Part shown: piece after piece, positions 52,913 to 64,000 of the stretch | Layout of the letters: each line of letters begins with the position of its first letter | How positions within the stretch are numbered: position 1 is the first letter of the stretch | From: an uncultured Acidimicrobiia bacterium | GTDB taxonomy: Bacteria; Acidobacteriota; Terriglobia; Versatilivoradales; Versatilivoraceae | Assembly (NCBI GenBank): GCA_963786955.1 | Contig: CAWBAT010000005.1 | Span: 608,001-672,000, forward strand | Reading direction: 5' to 3' | DNA: 64,000 nt | Position numbers and translations under genes: made by a program | The notes under the pieces: generated by a model | What the model saw: only the letters and a program-made list of their open reading frames with translations | Databases searched by the model: none | Told to the model about the DNA's origin: nothing

Positions 52913-54079
52913 ATGAGAGTAGCTGCTGCCATACTGATTGGCCTGTTGGGGACGCTTTCGTCCCTGGGACAAACACCTCAGAAGGTGAAGCTTTCTGATT
53001 TCAAGCTCGCTTCGAGTTGCCAGCCCTGCCACGAGGAGATTTATGCTCAGTGGCAAACCTCGACCCATTCCAAGGCATTTGTCGATCCTTTATACCAAGC
53101 AGTTGTCCGTAAAGCCGTCGAGGAAAGCAAAGGGGGCTTAACCCAATTTTGTGTTTCCTGCCACGCACCCCTGGCGACCGTCACCAGTTCCATTCCACCC
53201 GATCTGTTTCAGAAAGAGCAGATAGACCCACGGATTGAGAACGGGGTAACCTGCGAGTTCTGCCACACGATCTCTGGTAACAGAAGTGAACCTTAACAAA
53301 CTCAGTCTCGGGGCTTTCCTTTTCCCAAGAGCTATCCAAACGAAAATTCTTTACGGACGGCATGCGGATGCTACCAACGATGCGCATCCGACCCAACCCT
53401 CGCCGTTTCTTGTTGTCCCGGAATTATGCGGGACCTGCCATCGATTTGGACACCCCGTTTCAGGGATGCCGGTTCAAGACACCTATCAGGAATGGAAGCA
53501 AAGTCCCTATGCCGCAAAAGGGACCCGATGTCAGGATTGCCATATGCCCTCGTATCAGGGGAAAGTGTCTGAGTCAGGCAAAGAACGTTCTGAAATTCAT
53601 GCCCACATTTTTAGGGGCGGACACACGGAAATGATACGACAGGCGGCCATCGTCAATATCACGGCTAATCGAGACTACATCGAACCCCTAGATGCGTCGG
53701 TGGTAGTCACTAATGTCGGAGCCGGCCATATGATCCCGACCGGACTCCCTGCTGTCCGTGAGATGTGGTTAGAGGTTACAGTCCAGAGCCAAGGGAAAAT
53801 CTTGAGTACTCAAAAGAGGGTTTTCGGCCTGGAAGTTCTCAATGCGGAAGGGAAGCCGGCTTTGCCGTGGGAAGCCACGAAGCTCGGGAAAGACACCCGG
53901 ATTGCCCCTAAGAAATCCCGTTTAGAGAAGTTTCGATTCGAGGTTTCCGGTTCGGAAAACATTCGCATTGAAGCCAAGCTCCAGGAACAATTATTGTCCG
54001 ACCAGGCCGCCAAATTTGCTGGCATTCCGCCCACTCCGCCTCAATCGATGGCAGAAACATCGATCTCCTGCCTCAATGA
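52913..54079 (+). CDS. Pentaheme c-type cytochrome (paralog of 33748..34863); frameshifts ~53285 and ~54065
   Basis: CQPCH, CVSCH, CEFCH, CGTCH, CQDCH; GHMIPTG; DTRIAP. Confidence 0.82.
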
Positions 54080-55005
54080 GTTCAGCTCCGGGTACCGAGG
54101 AGAATTTCCCTCTCCAACAGTTCGCGATGCGGCTTTCTTTGGCCGTGGGCTTTTTCATGCTCGTGACCAAAACCTTCGCCTACTGGCTGACTGGGTCGGC
54201 CGCAATCCTCTCTGATGCTGCAGAATCCGTCGTCCATGTCGTTGCCGTTTCCTTTGCGGCTTACAGTCTTGGCTCAGTGTCAAACCGGCGGACCGCAGCC
54301 ATCTGTACGGACATGATAAGATCAGTTTCTTCTCGGCGGGGTTTGAAGGGGCGATGATCATCATCGCCGCTTTCTATATCATCTATGTTTCAATTGAAAA
54401 ATGGATTTCAGGGCTGAGGCTGGAGCACCTTGGCACGGGAACGGGCCTGACCTTATCTGGCCTCTGATCAACGGCGGCTTAGGTCTTTATCTGGTCACCA
54501 TTGGGAAGAAGAAACCACTCTCTAATTCTTGAGGCCAACGGGAAACATGTCCTCACGGATTGCTGGACAAGTCTGGGCGTTGTCGTCGGCCTGTTCCTGG
54601 CCATGATCACGGGCTGGTTGGTTCTGGATCCGATTATCGCGATCCTGGTAGCTTTAAATATCCTGTGGACCGGCGGTCAATTAATCCGCCGATCCATCGG
54701 TGGTTTAATGGATGAGGTGGATCCGGAAACAGAGGCAAGAATCAAGAGCATGCTTGACCCGATTACCAAACCCAAGGCATCGAATACCATAGTCTGCGAC
54801 ACCGGAACACGGGAAGTACGCTCTGGATCGAACTGCATATGCTTTTCCCCAAAGGGATCCTGCTGGAAAACGCTCACGCGATCGCCACCCAGATTGAAAA
54901 CCGTTTAAAGACAACCTTCCCACTAAGACCGAAGTAACCACCCATTTGGAAACCCTCGAAGACCATGCGGATATTCATACCGACCGGCACGACCAAGGAA
55001 CGTGA
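54076..55005 (+). CDS. Cation diffusion facilitator (FieF-like); several frameshifts
   Basis: TGSAAILSDAAES, HLYGHDK, ANGKHVLTD, LDPIIAI, LENAH, THLETLE. Confidence 0.85.
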
Positions 55006-55250
55006 GCACGAAATCGGAAGGTTAAGATGAGCGGTAAGAGAGTGACCTTTTAAAGTCACAGGATCTGCACCTCCATCTCCCCACTCGATACGATGACCCG
55101 TAAAAATCGGATGACTCACGAATTGTCCAGCTGGAATTACAGATAAGTCCAATCATGTCCGAGACCTCCTCCTTGATCTTCAGACCGTCCATTTGTGCAT
55201 CGACTATCATTTTGTGATCGTTTCATTTTACGAATGGCACTTCGCAGAAC

Positions 55251-55896
55251 ATGTCCTTCTCGAAAGAGCGCCCACAATCGCTGGGAGAGGAAATCGCAAA
55301 CAGCATAAGCCACGGAGTTGGCCTGCTGGCAGCAACTCTCGCGATCCCAGTGCTCGTGATTGGGGCTATCCGACGAGGAGGCATTGGCACCTTGATCGGC
55401 GCGAGTGTCTTCGGGGTCACCATGTTGCTACTGTACTCAGCCTCCACCCTTTACCACGCGTTGGCCCGTAACCGTGCCAAACGCGTGTTTCAGGTCCTCG
55501 ACCACAGCGCGATTTACTCTATTAATCGCCGGCACCTACACTCCATTTGCTCTCGGTGTGCTCCGGGGTGCTTGGGGGTAGACGCTGCTCGTTCTGGTTT
55601 GGAGCCTGGCACTTACAGGTGTCATGTTGAAAGCTACGGGTAACATGCGGCATCCGATCTATTCGACCTCCCTTTACCTGGGATGGGCTGGCTTGTCATT
55701 GTCGCGTTCAAGCCCCTCTACATCCATGTGCCAGCATGGGGTCTGTTCTGGCTCTTGGCAGGTGGCATTGGATACACAGCGGGGATTGGATTTTTCGCGG
55801 CCGCGACGGCTTCGCTATAGCCACTTCATTTGGCACCTTTTCGTCATGGCAGGTACAGCCTGTCATTTCATCGCAGTCTTGCGGTTTGCATTCTGA
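55251..55896 (+). CDS. Hemolysin III/PAQR family membrane protein; frameshifts and in-frame TAG at 55579-55581 (possible pseudogene)
   Basis: EEIANSISHG, STLYH, DHSAIY..AGTYTPF, HFIWHLFV..H. Confidence 0.85.
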
Positions 55897-56299
55897 CAGC
55901 AGAGAGCATTTGCGGGCTTGGAAAAATCAAATCACTGTACTGAAGTCAGATTTGAAAGAACCGACCAACCCCTTTCTAATCCCCTCCAAAGGGCGGAGTG
56001 TCGAGAGCTTCTGGCAAAGGATAAATCCGGCCAAGGAGACAATTCCCAGCTTTCACCCCCTCTCTCATATCGCTTTTGTCTTGAAAAAGACTCCTTCCTT
56101 GCGTATTCTTTGGCATGCCAATGGCTTTTGCAGTCTCCGCGCAGGCCACGAGGGACCCCGAGGGGATGTCCCTTCTTGAAATTGTCACTCCCCGCTCGAA
56201 ATTTGCTTATCTTCTTGAAGAGTTCAGTCGTTTCGGGAAAATCGGACTCCAGGTGATTCCATTTTGAGTCGTCAAAGTCCACTCTCAAAACCTGACAAC

Positions 56300-58732
56300 A
56301 TGGATCCTAATCTGGTCTTTGTACGTGTTGAAGGTGATGTTTTGTCTCTGCGCCCATTCCGCATACTGGCTCACTATGCGCGGAATGCTCAGGCCTTTAC
56401 AGAGCGGGCCTTCCGACTCCCTGCCGTCGACTCTCATGACTCTCCTGCGGCCGGCCTTATCCGTTGAAAATCCTGTTCTGGGGACTCGACTGCTCTATCT
56501 GCCACTTCGCGGAATGAGCCGCGACAGACTCGATCTTCTGGGCGAAGAATATTTCAACTATGTTTTGTCTTCCCGATTAAGAAAGGAAGGGATTCGCCAT
56601 ATCGAAGAATTGCACGCGATGGGCAAAGAAGATCGTATTCGTGAGCGATCAATTGGATCATCTCATCCGACCTCTGGCACTCCACCTTAAAGCCCATTTT
56701 CTCGCTACGAATCGCCTCGAATTTCGGGATGATCTGGCAACAGGGAGGCTTCTTGAACCTGTCATCCCCGCTTTGGGGGTCACCGCCGGTTTAACCTCGA
56801 CGGAACGGAAAGAGTCCACCGGCTGGAAGGCCTTCGAAAAGGAGGTGGGGCCCCAAGAATTCTCGACGGTGAATCCTCTTTCGATTCTCCCCGTGCACCG
56901 CCGAATCCGGGCGATCCATCATCCTATGGTCCAGTTCGCAAGACGGGATTCCACACTGAAGCCGTTGTCGGTCCGTGGAAGTTTATCCGGCAAAAAGATT
57001 CTTTTAATCGGCTGCACCGGATTCATCGGGAAGGTATGGCTGACCATGCTGCTGAAGGATTTACCCGAAATCGGCCGCGTCTTCTTGCTGATCCGGCGTC
57101 ATGGAAAACGGTCGGCACTGCAACGATTTGAAAAAATTGTTGCACGAGTCTCCGACCTTCAAACCCTTTCATGAATCCTATGGCAATCAGCTGGGTGAGT
57201 TTCTCGCTGAACGGATTGAGGTTATCGAGGGAGACGTTTCAGAGCCCCACCTAGGCCTTAACCCACAAACCGCTCGGCGCCTGTATGGCGAGCTCGATCT
57301 CATTGTCAATTCAGCAGGTTTGACAGATTTCAATCCGGACCTCCGGCTGGCCCTTTCGACCAATGCGGACAGCGTGTTGCACCTGATCGAGTTTCTCAAC
57401 AATTCGCAGAAGGCAGGGCTAGTCCATATTTCCACGTGTTTTGTTAACGGTCGCACCGACGGCCGGGTCCCTGAAGAATTGCGGCGCAATTACACACCGA
57501 AAGGCAGAGTTGAATTTGACGCCATCTCAGAATGGAAGTTTCTGCACCAGGAAATCAAACGGGTCGAAGAAGAATCTGAAAGCCCTTCACTCAACGAACA
57601 ATTCCGAACCCAGGTGGTTTCCCGTTGGAAGGATGGGGAAGAAGCAGGTCCCGGACAGAAAGGTATTCAGAACCGGATCCGCAATTTGCGGACTCGCTGG
57701 GTGCGTGATCAGTTGATCGAAATGGGAGTGCAACGAGCTCAATATTGGGGATGGCCTAACATCTATACCTTTACCAAGAGCCTTGGAGAATCCCTCCTGG
57801 AAAACAAAGGAGCCAGGCTCCCCTTCAGTATCGCACGGCCCTCCATAGTGGAATCCTCGGTTTTTCAGCCGTTTCGAGGCTGGAATGAGGGAGTGAATAC
57901 GACAGCCCCGCTTTCCTATCTGCTCGGCACCTATTTTCGTCAGCTTCCGTCCAACAAGCGAAAGCGGCTCGATGTCATACCGGTCGACTTGGTCTGCAGA
58001 GGGATAACCCTGATTGCCGCCGCGCTAGTGCAACGAGGTCATGAAAAAGTTTATCAGCTTGCAACCTCTGCGACGAACCCGGCGAACATGCGACGGACGA
58101 TTGAGTTGACCGCGTTAGCCCATCGTAAGCATTATCGTTCTTTGGAGGGGCTAGAACATTGGCTTCGGGCCCGGTTCGACGCGATTGCCGTTTCGAAAAC
58201 CCGCTACAAATACGTGTCCCTGCCAAGATTAAAAGGATTGCTACAAAGCGCTGAGAGCGTCCTTTCGCTCTTGCCATTCAAAGGGGACACTCTGGTGCGA
58301 AAGCAAAGGGCCCTGGACCGAGTGCAAAAAGTCATCGGACTTTACGAGCCTTTCATCTTGGATAATGACTACTTCTTTGCCGCCGATCATATCAAGGCGC
58401 TGGCCGAGTCGCTGCCGGATGAGGAGGCTCAAACGTTTGGTTACGATGTCTCTTCGATCGATTGGTATGACTACTGGATCGATCTCCATGTCCCGGCCTT
58501 GAGACGATGGACTTATCCTTTAATCGAAGGGCGTCGCCCGGAAACAGGCTTGTTACCGCGAAATTTCAAGCTCCCGGTAAAAGAAGAAGGTCATACTTCC
58601 GAGCTTTCGGAATCACTCGACCCAGCCTCAGCTAAGCCAGCAACTTCTTTGCTTCCATCCGAAAATTTGGGCAATGCTGCCGGGGCACCGGCAGGAGATA
58701 ATTTTCAGGTGGCTGACCAGGATGGTAATTGA
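56300..58732 (+). CDS. Degenerate HAD-like domain fused to fatty acyl-CoA reductase (FAR/male-sterility); frameshifts ~56430, ~56630, ~57140
   Basis: LRGMSRDRLDLLGEEYF, NRLEFRDDLATGRL; GCTGFIGKV, NSAGLTDF, HISTCFV, WPNIYTFTKSLGE, RPSIVES. Confidence 0.82.
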
Positions 58733-58740
58733 GCATAACT

Positions 58741-59878
58741 ATGGCTACTTTTGTTACAGGCTCAACAGGATATCTTGGGGCCCATGTTGCTTCGGAGCTG
58801 CTCTCAAAACATAACTCTAAGTTAAGCCTCCTGGTGCGAGCCAAAGATCACCGGGGGGCTGAGTTGAAACTTTGGAAGGCCATGCAATTACACCTCGGAT
58901 TTTCCGAGTTTGTCCATTGGCTAGAAACAAACATCGAAATCTTTCTTGGCGACATTACTCTCCCCCGCTTTCGGGTTAGATGAAGAACAGTACGTCCAGC
59001 TGCTCAAGAAGACTGATTCGGTCCTTCATATCGCGGCATCGCTAAATCGTCGCTCCGAGAAATCCTGCCTGAACGTAAATCTTCGCGGCACGCTGGAAGT
59101 GCTTCAGTTCGCCCGGAGAGTTAGTTCCTATCATGGCCTTCGGCGTTTCAGCCACGTGAGCACAGTCGCCGTCGCGGGAGCACGAAGCAACGAAGTTGTC
59201 AAAGAGGACGAATCCATTGATTGGAACCGGTCGGATTTTGACCCGTATGCGAGAACCAAGAAGTTCAGCGAGCTGATGATTCGGGAATTGCTTCCTGATA
59301 TCCCCTTGACCATCTTCCGTCCTAGCATTGTTTTGGGGGATAGCCGCTATGGCGCGACAACCCAATTCGACATGGTGGAGGCATTCGTCTTCTTAGCGAA
59401 ATTAGGGTTGCTTCCACTGCGACCTCACGATCGTTTGGACATCGTGAACGTCGATTTTGTCGCCAATTCCATTGTCTCTCTCCATCAAAAGGAGAAAACC
59501 TTATACGATACCTACCATTTATCTTCTGGCGTTCATTCCCCTACCTGCCGGCAGATTACTGAGGCGCTCAGCGCCGCTCGACAGAGGAAGGGGCCCTTCT
59601 ACCTGCCATCTCTCGCAAATCCTTTTAAGGGAATCGTGAACTGGATGGCAAATCGTCGTGGAACTTCTGTGGGGCACCTGGGATCATTACTCAAGGTTTT
59701 CTTACCTTATCTCTTATGGAACACCGTATTCGACAATCAACGAGCGGTTCAAGAAGTCGGCCAGCATCCTGTACCTTTTCCTGAGTACTGCTACCCTTTG
59801 TACAATTTCTCGGTCAAGCACAATTTTGCTTATCCTTACCAGGACTGGCCGGCGCTTGAAGGGAGTTCCACCGCATGA
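58741..59878 (+). CDS. Extended SDR / thioester-reductase-like oxidoreductase; frameshift ~58970
   Basis: [37 protein letters not shown]. Confidence 0.88.
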
Positions 59879-61284
59879 TGGATCCATTGCTGGAGCTTTG
59901 GGTTGCGGGACTGGTAGAGCTGGCAAAGACCCGATGGATCCTGGGCTTCGGTCAGGCTTGGACCCCAGGCTCTCCTCTCCGACTCCTCTTTGCAGGATAC
60001 AATGGAAACCGTAACACCGGCGCCGATGTCCGGGTCGAGGAAATGATCCGTCAAATTCGCCGAGTTCTGGGGGATGAGCATATTGACCTCAGTGTTCTCT
60101 CGCATAACCTAGAACTTTCGAAAGGTTATTTCCCCACCGTCCAACAGGTTAAGCTTCCGGATGTGTTTCCGCCCTTCTTATTTCGAGAAATACCCCGCTA
60201 TCACGGCGTCATCACCTGTGAGGGATCGATGTTTAAGAGCAAGTTTGCCAATGCCCTAACGACGATGATGATCGGGGCCCTGGGCATTGCCACGGCCGAA
60301 AATAAAGTCTCGATCGGGTACGGCGCAGAAGCCGGATCGATGGATCGCCTGCTGCAGAGCATGTGTCGCCGCTATTGCGCCAGTTCGCTGGTTGTGACAC
60401 GCAACGAAGAGTCTCAAAAAGTGTTGGGAGATTTAGGAATCCAAACGGAATTGGGAACGGATACGGCGTGGACATTTGAACCGCACGGGTTAGATTATGG
60501 GAGAAAAGTTTTACTCGATGCCGGCTGGGACGGTCGTACCCCCATCTTGGGTTTGTGTCCGATCAATCCTTTCTGGTGGCCGGTAAAACCATCAATTCTG
60601 AAACTGCTGATGAATAAGTCGGCAGGCTTTTATCGGGATAGCCATTATCGCTCGATTTATTTCCATAACGATGGAAAAGAAGTCAACGCAGCCTTCTTCC
60701 GTTATCTTGAAGCATTCGTCGCTGGGATCCAAGAGTTTCGAAAAGAGCACGCCGTCTTCCCCGTATTGATCGGGATGGAGGCATTAGATCGCCGTGCTTG
60801 CGAAATCATGGGACAGAAGCTTGATCGAGTCCCTCTATTCATTTCAGATCAATATGACATGTACCAATTGGTCAGTATTCTGCGCAATTGCCACCTTTTG
60901 CTCTCTTCCCGTTATCACGGTATCGTGACATGCATGCCCACACTGGTTGCATCAGCCGGAGTGACCATGGATGAGCGTATTCGCAACCTCATGCGTGAAA
61001 GAGGTCACACGGATCTGTTACTGGAGGTAGATGATCCGGACCTTTCATCAAAACTGGTGATCGTGTTGCGAAGACTCATCAAGAATTCTGAAGAAATCCG
61101 ACAGGGGATTGGAAAAACCGTGGTCAGGAATCTGAAGATGATGTCGAGGATGGGTATTTATCTTCAGCAAAACGTCCAAGAACGATATCCGGAATTCCCC
61201 GTCCGGACAGGACACTATTCCTGGGAAGACTATCTGCCATCCTTGAGCCCAACTCTGCAGAAACTGATAGAAGAGTTTGAGTAA
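59875..61284 (+). CDS. Polysaccharide pyruvyltransferase-like protein
   Basis: [28 protein letters not shown]. Confidence 0.75.
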   Translation: MMDPLLELWVAGLVELAKTRWILGFGQAWTPGSPLRLLFAGYNGNRNTGADVRVEEMIRQIRRVLGDEHIDLSVLSHNLELSKGYFPTVQQVKLPDVFPPFLFREIPRYHGVITCEGSMFKSKFANALTTMMIGALGIATAENKVSIGYGAEAGSMDRLLQSMCRRYCASSLVVTRNEESQKVLGDLGIQTELGTDTAWTFEPHGLDYGRKVLLDAGWDGRTPILGLCPINPFWWPVKPSILKLLMNKSAGFYRDSHYRSIYFHNDGKEVNAAFFRYLEAFVAGIQEFRKEHAVFPVLIGMEALDRRACEIMGQKLDRVPLFISDQYDMYQLVSILRNCHLLLSSRYHGIVTCMPTLVASAGVTMDERIRNLMRERGHTDLLLEVDDPDLSSKLVIVLRRLIKNSEEIRQGIGKTVVRNLKMMSRMGIYLQQNVQERYPEFPVRTGHYSWEDYLPSLSPTLQKLIEEFE

Positions 61285-61490
61285 AGAACTGGCGTGAGCT
61301 GTAGCTGCGGTCCTCGAGCATCAGATAACTGACAAAGTCATGGGATCCGGCAGCCATAAACTGTCGCCTCCGTCGGTTTATCCCGAATTCCGAAGTTGGG
61401 CGAGGGGGATTTCTATCTATTTACTGATTTACATGAGACTTGCAAGACGCTCAGGAAAGGGAAAATGTATACTGATGGCCTGCGGATTCA

Positions 61491-61565
61491 GGTGGAACGC
61501 GCGCTCCGCCGCGCGTTCATTGAGCGTGCCCGGGGGGACAGCGGTCCCACGCGCACGCTCCACCT
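61491..61565. repeat. GTGG-type REP
   Basis: ggtggaacgcgcgctccgccgcgcgttcattgagc; reverse complement near 965-990 and 1286-1316. Confidence 0.7.
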
Positions 61566-61649
61566 TGCGACGCTCACGCACTTTCGGAATTCGAGTTTAT
61601 CCGAGCTTGAAAGGAACGATTAAAGATTGCAACAGGCAAAGACGCAGCG

Positions 61650-63353
61650 ATGAATTTCTTAGAGACTATTTTCGAGAACCTGTCCAGCGCTCCACAGAAG
61701 CCAATCTTGCAGGAAATACGCCGAGGCCACCTCGTTTCGTGCACGGGTGAAGAGTTGCTGGGCTACATTCAGCAGGCTCGCTACGCCTTGAGGGAAGCCG
61801 GATTACACGCAGGCGACCGATGTGCATTATTGGCACCCAATAGCATTCAGTGGGTTGCCGTTGATCTGGCCATCATGGCGGAGGGAGGAATCGTTGTTCC
61901 TCTCTATTCGAGGCAGTCCCCTTCCGAACTGGTTCAGATGATGAAAGATTCTTCTCCGCGTTTCCTTTGTTGCGCGAACGTGGAACTGCGAGACGCCATC
62001 TCTGCAGTCTGGGCCGAGGTCCCTGCCACTCTCTTGTTTGAAAAAATTTTCTCAACCGTTCTTTCCCCCTCCACTCCGGATCTAAAGAAAGACTCAACTG
62101 CTGAGACAAAATACCTGGCTGGCTTGACTGATTCGTCATGGGTAACGATCATCTATACTTCGGGAACTTCGGGAGATTCGAAGGGAGTTGTTCTGACGGC
62201 AGGAAACATCACGTTCATGCTGCAGCGCACCACGGGGCGACTTGTTGAACTCATGCAAAACGTCAAGAAGAGTAGTGATGACCGGGTCTTTCATTACCTT
62301 CCTTTCTGTTTTGCAGGATCCTGGATTCTTTTACTCTCAAACCTCTACCGAAACAACGCTCTGATCCTTTCCACGGATCTCAACAAGCTGACTGAAGAAC
62401 TTCAGATCGCCCAACCCCACTATTTTTTAAATGTTCCTGCGCTGTTAGAACGGATACGCAACGGCATACAAGATCAGCTTCGCAAGAGAGGGAAAGTGGT
62501 CCACCGTTTATTTGCGAGAGCACAAAAGGCCTGGCTCGCTCAGAACCACGGCGAGGCTGGAATCGTAGATTCGCTCGGACTCTCACTCACACGGTTCCTG
62601 ATTTTTCCCAAAATCAAACAAACGATCAGCCCAAACCTTCGAGCACTAATCTGTGGCTCTGCTTCCCTCTCTGAAGAGACTCAACTCTTTTTCCAGATGA
62701 TCGGTATTCCTGTTTTACAGGTTTATGGGCTCACAGAAACCACGGGAATCTGTACGATGGACGATGTTCATGAAGTCAGCGCAGGGCGAGTCGGCCCCGC
62801 CATTCCCGGGATTGAAATGAAGCTGGGCGCAAATGATGAGATTCTCGTACGGGGTCCCAACGTGTTTCCCGGCTATTGGAACCGACCTGAAGCAACCGCC
62901 GAAGTGATCAAAGATGGATGGTTTCATACAGGGGATCAGGGTGAGGTTGATGGGAACGGAAATTGGAAGATTGTTGGACGATTGAAAAATTTGATCATTC
63001 CGACTTCAGGTCACAATGTCAGCCCGGAACCTCTTGAACAAAAACTGCTCAGCTTCCTCCCGGAGGCCGAATATGCGATGGTCTGCGGGAACGGCCGGAA
63101 GTTTCTTTTGGCCATCATCAGTGGGAATGCAACGAGGGAAAGAGTTGAGGTAGCCCTTCAAGCCCTCAATCAAGAATTGCCGCATTACAAGCAAGTTCGG
63201 AAATTCTACCTGACCCCAGAACCTTTTAGCGCCGAAAACGGACTGTTGACCACGAACCGAAAGATCAAACGCGCAGCCATCGAATCACTCTACAGGAGCG
63301 CCATCGAAGAGCTATACCGGGATCCGGCAACACAGGTTAAGGACCGGCCCTAA
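61650..63353 (+). CDS. Long-chain fatty acid-CoA ligase (AMP-binding)
   Basis: YTSGTSGDSKG, YGLTE, GWFHTGD, GRLKNLI. Confidence 0.93.
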   Translation: MNFLETIFENLSSAPQKPILQEIRRGHLVSCTGEELLGYIQQARYALREAGLHAGDRCALLAPNSIQWVAVDLAIMAEGGIVVPLYSRQSPSELVQMMKDSSPRFLCCANVELRDAISAVWAEVPATLLFEKIFSTVLSPSTPDLKKDSTAETKYLAGLTDSSWVTIIYTSGTSGDSKGVVLTAGNITFMLQRTTGRLVELMQNVKKSSDDRVFHYLPFCFAGSWILLLSNLYRNNALILSTDLNKLTEELQIAQPHYFLNVPALLERIRNGIQDQLRKRGKVVHRLFARAQKAWLAQNHGEAGIVDSLGLSLTRFLIFPKIKQTISPNLRALICGSASLSEETQLFFQMIGIPVLQVYGLTETTGICTMDDVHEVSAGRVGPAIPGIEMKLGANDEILVRGPNVFPGYWNRPEATAEVIKDGWFHTGDQGEVDGNGNWKIVGRLKNLIIPTSGHNVSPEPLEQKLLSFLPEAEYAMVCGNGRKFLLAIISGNATRERVEVALQALNQELPHYKQVRKFYLTPEPFSAENGLLTTNRKIKRAAIESLYRSAIEELYRDPATQVKDRP

Positions 63354-63358
63354 AGCCC

Positions 63359-64000
63359 ATGATTCCATTGCCCCTAGCCAGAAGACTTGTTCGAGCATTG
63401 ATGACCTGGGTGGTTTTGATGGCACTGATGCTTTCAGCCTGGGGATGGAATCGGCTCGCCGGATTCGGGGCGGAATGGCCAAGACTCCTCTTGCCTTTTG
63501 TATGGCTCATTTTCTCACTTTACGGAGCGTGGAGGGACACGCAAACCAGCAGTTCGGAGGGGAAGAATGAGGTGCGCAACCACCGGCGAATGCTCCTGTT
63601 TTTTCTACCGGTCTTTGTCTTGTGGTTTTTCTACCTTCCTTATTCGGATCAAAGAGATGGCCCCGCCTTTTCTTCCACTCCCTTACGCTGGGTTGGGCTG
63701 GTTTTTTTTGCAATCGCTCTGTTGCTCCGGATTGAAGCAATCCGAGCGCAAGGCAAGCAATTCAGTTATGCTGTGACGATTCAAGACGGCCACCAACTGG
63801 CACTTCAAGGCCCGTACCGATGGATCCGTCACCCGGCTTACCTGGGAGTTATCGGGATGTTTTGCGGACTCTCTTGGGTATTCGCAAGATTTGAGCTGGG
63901 GCTCCTGATGGCACTTTTGGTATGGTTGTGGATGGAATCGCGCATCCGGGATGAAGAGAAATTGTTGCTTGAGGAATTTGGAAGAGATTACGCTCATTAT
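63359..64000 (+). CDS. ICMT/PEMT-family membrane methyltransferase; frameshifted, runs off window end
   Basis: C-terminal frame QFSYAVTIQDGHQL..GPYRWIRHPAYLG..RIRDEEKLL..FGRDY..Y; not called in the ORF track. Confidence 0.8.
   Translation, partial: MIPLPLARRLVRALMTWVVLMALMLSAWGWNRLAGFGAEWPRLLLPFVWLIFSLYGAWRDTQTSSSEGKNEVRNHRRMLLFFLPVFVLWFFYLPYSDQRDGPAFSSTPLRWVGLVFFAIALLLRIEAIRAQGKQFSYAVTIQDGHQLALQGPYRWIRHPAYLGVIGMFCGLSWVFARFELGLLMALLVWLWMESRIRDEEKLLLEEFGRDYAHY

Noticed and set aside
55579-55581. Pyrrolysine or recoded TAG in hemolysin III
   Set aside because: The position corresponds to Trp (TGG to TAG), other genes use TAG as stop, and no pyl genes are present.
56111-56126. Sigma54 promoter for the lipid cluster
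   Set aside because: The -12 element is TGGC rather than TTGC and there is no other support.
61340-61750. Small ORFs between the pyruvyltransferase-like and ligase genes
   Set aside because: They run through a REP palindrome also present near 965-1316 and have no recognisable motif.
7-63997. Numerous antisense or overlapping ORFs in the six-frame track
   Set aside because: They are shadows of well-supported genes, without motifs or RBS.

Overview
A 64 kb metabolic region from a diderm bacterium. The carboxypeptidase-regulatory-type TonB receptor, TonB style and multiheme content suggest Acidobacteriota (inference). More than 20 single-base indels split otherwise intact genes, which most likely reflects uncorrected long-read errors. 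Content in order: glutathione-independent formaldehyde dehydrogenase; transporters; a GC-rich cassette of four secreted proteins; a selenocysteine formate dehydrogenase with permuted subunits and a NuoE-NuoF fusion; glpX; capD/degT; a TonB receptor; a radical SAM-TPR-Hod/AqdC-type dioxygenase operon; twin monoheme cytochromes; a Rieske/cytochrome b complex with 9- and 5-heme cytochromes; a 2-oxoacid:ferredoxin oxidoreductase with a CoA-transferase; an ImcH-like cytochrome; a PPIase-MtrC-MtrA-MtrB-pentaheme extracellular electron transfer cluster; and a HAD/fatty-acyl-reductase lipid cluster. The MtrC/A/B region carries candidate sigma54, Rex and FNR sites, and the lipid cluster resembles ether-lipid loci. 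Intergenic DNA is rich in GTAG/GTGG REPs, REP-carrying MITE-like elements and inverted heptamer arrays. No rRNA, tRNA or CRISPR array was seen.
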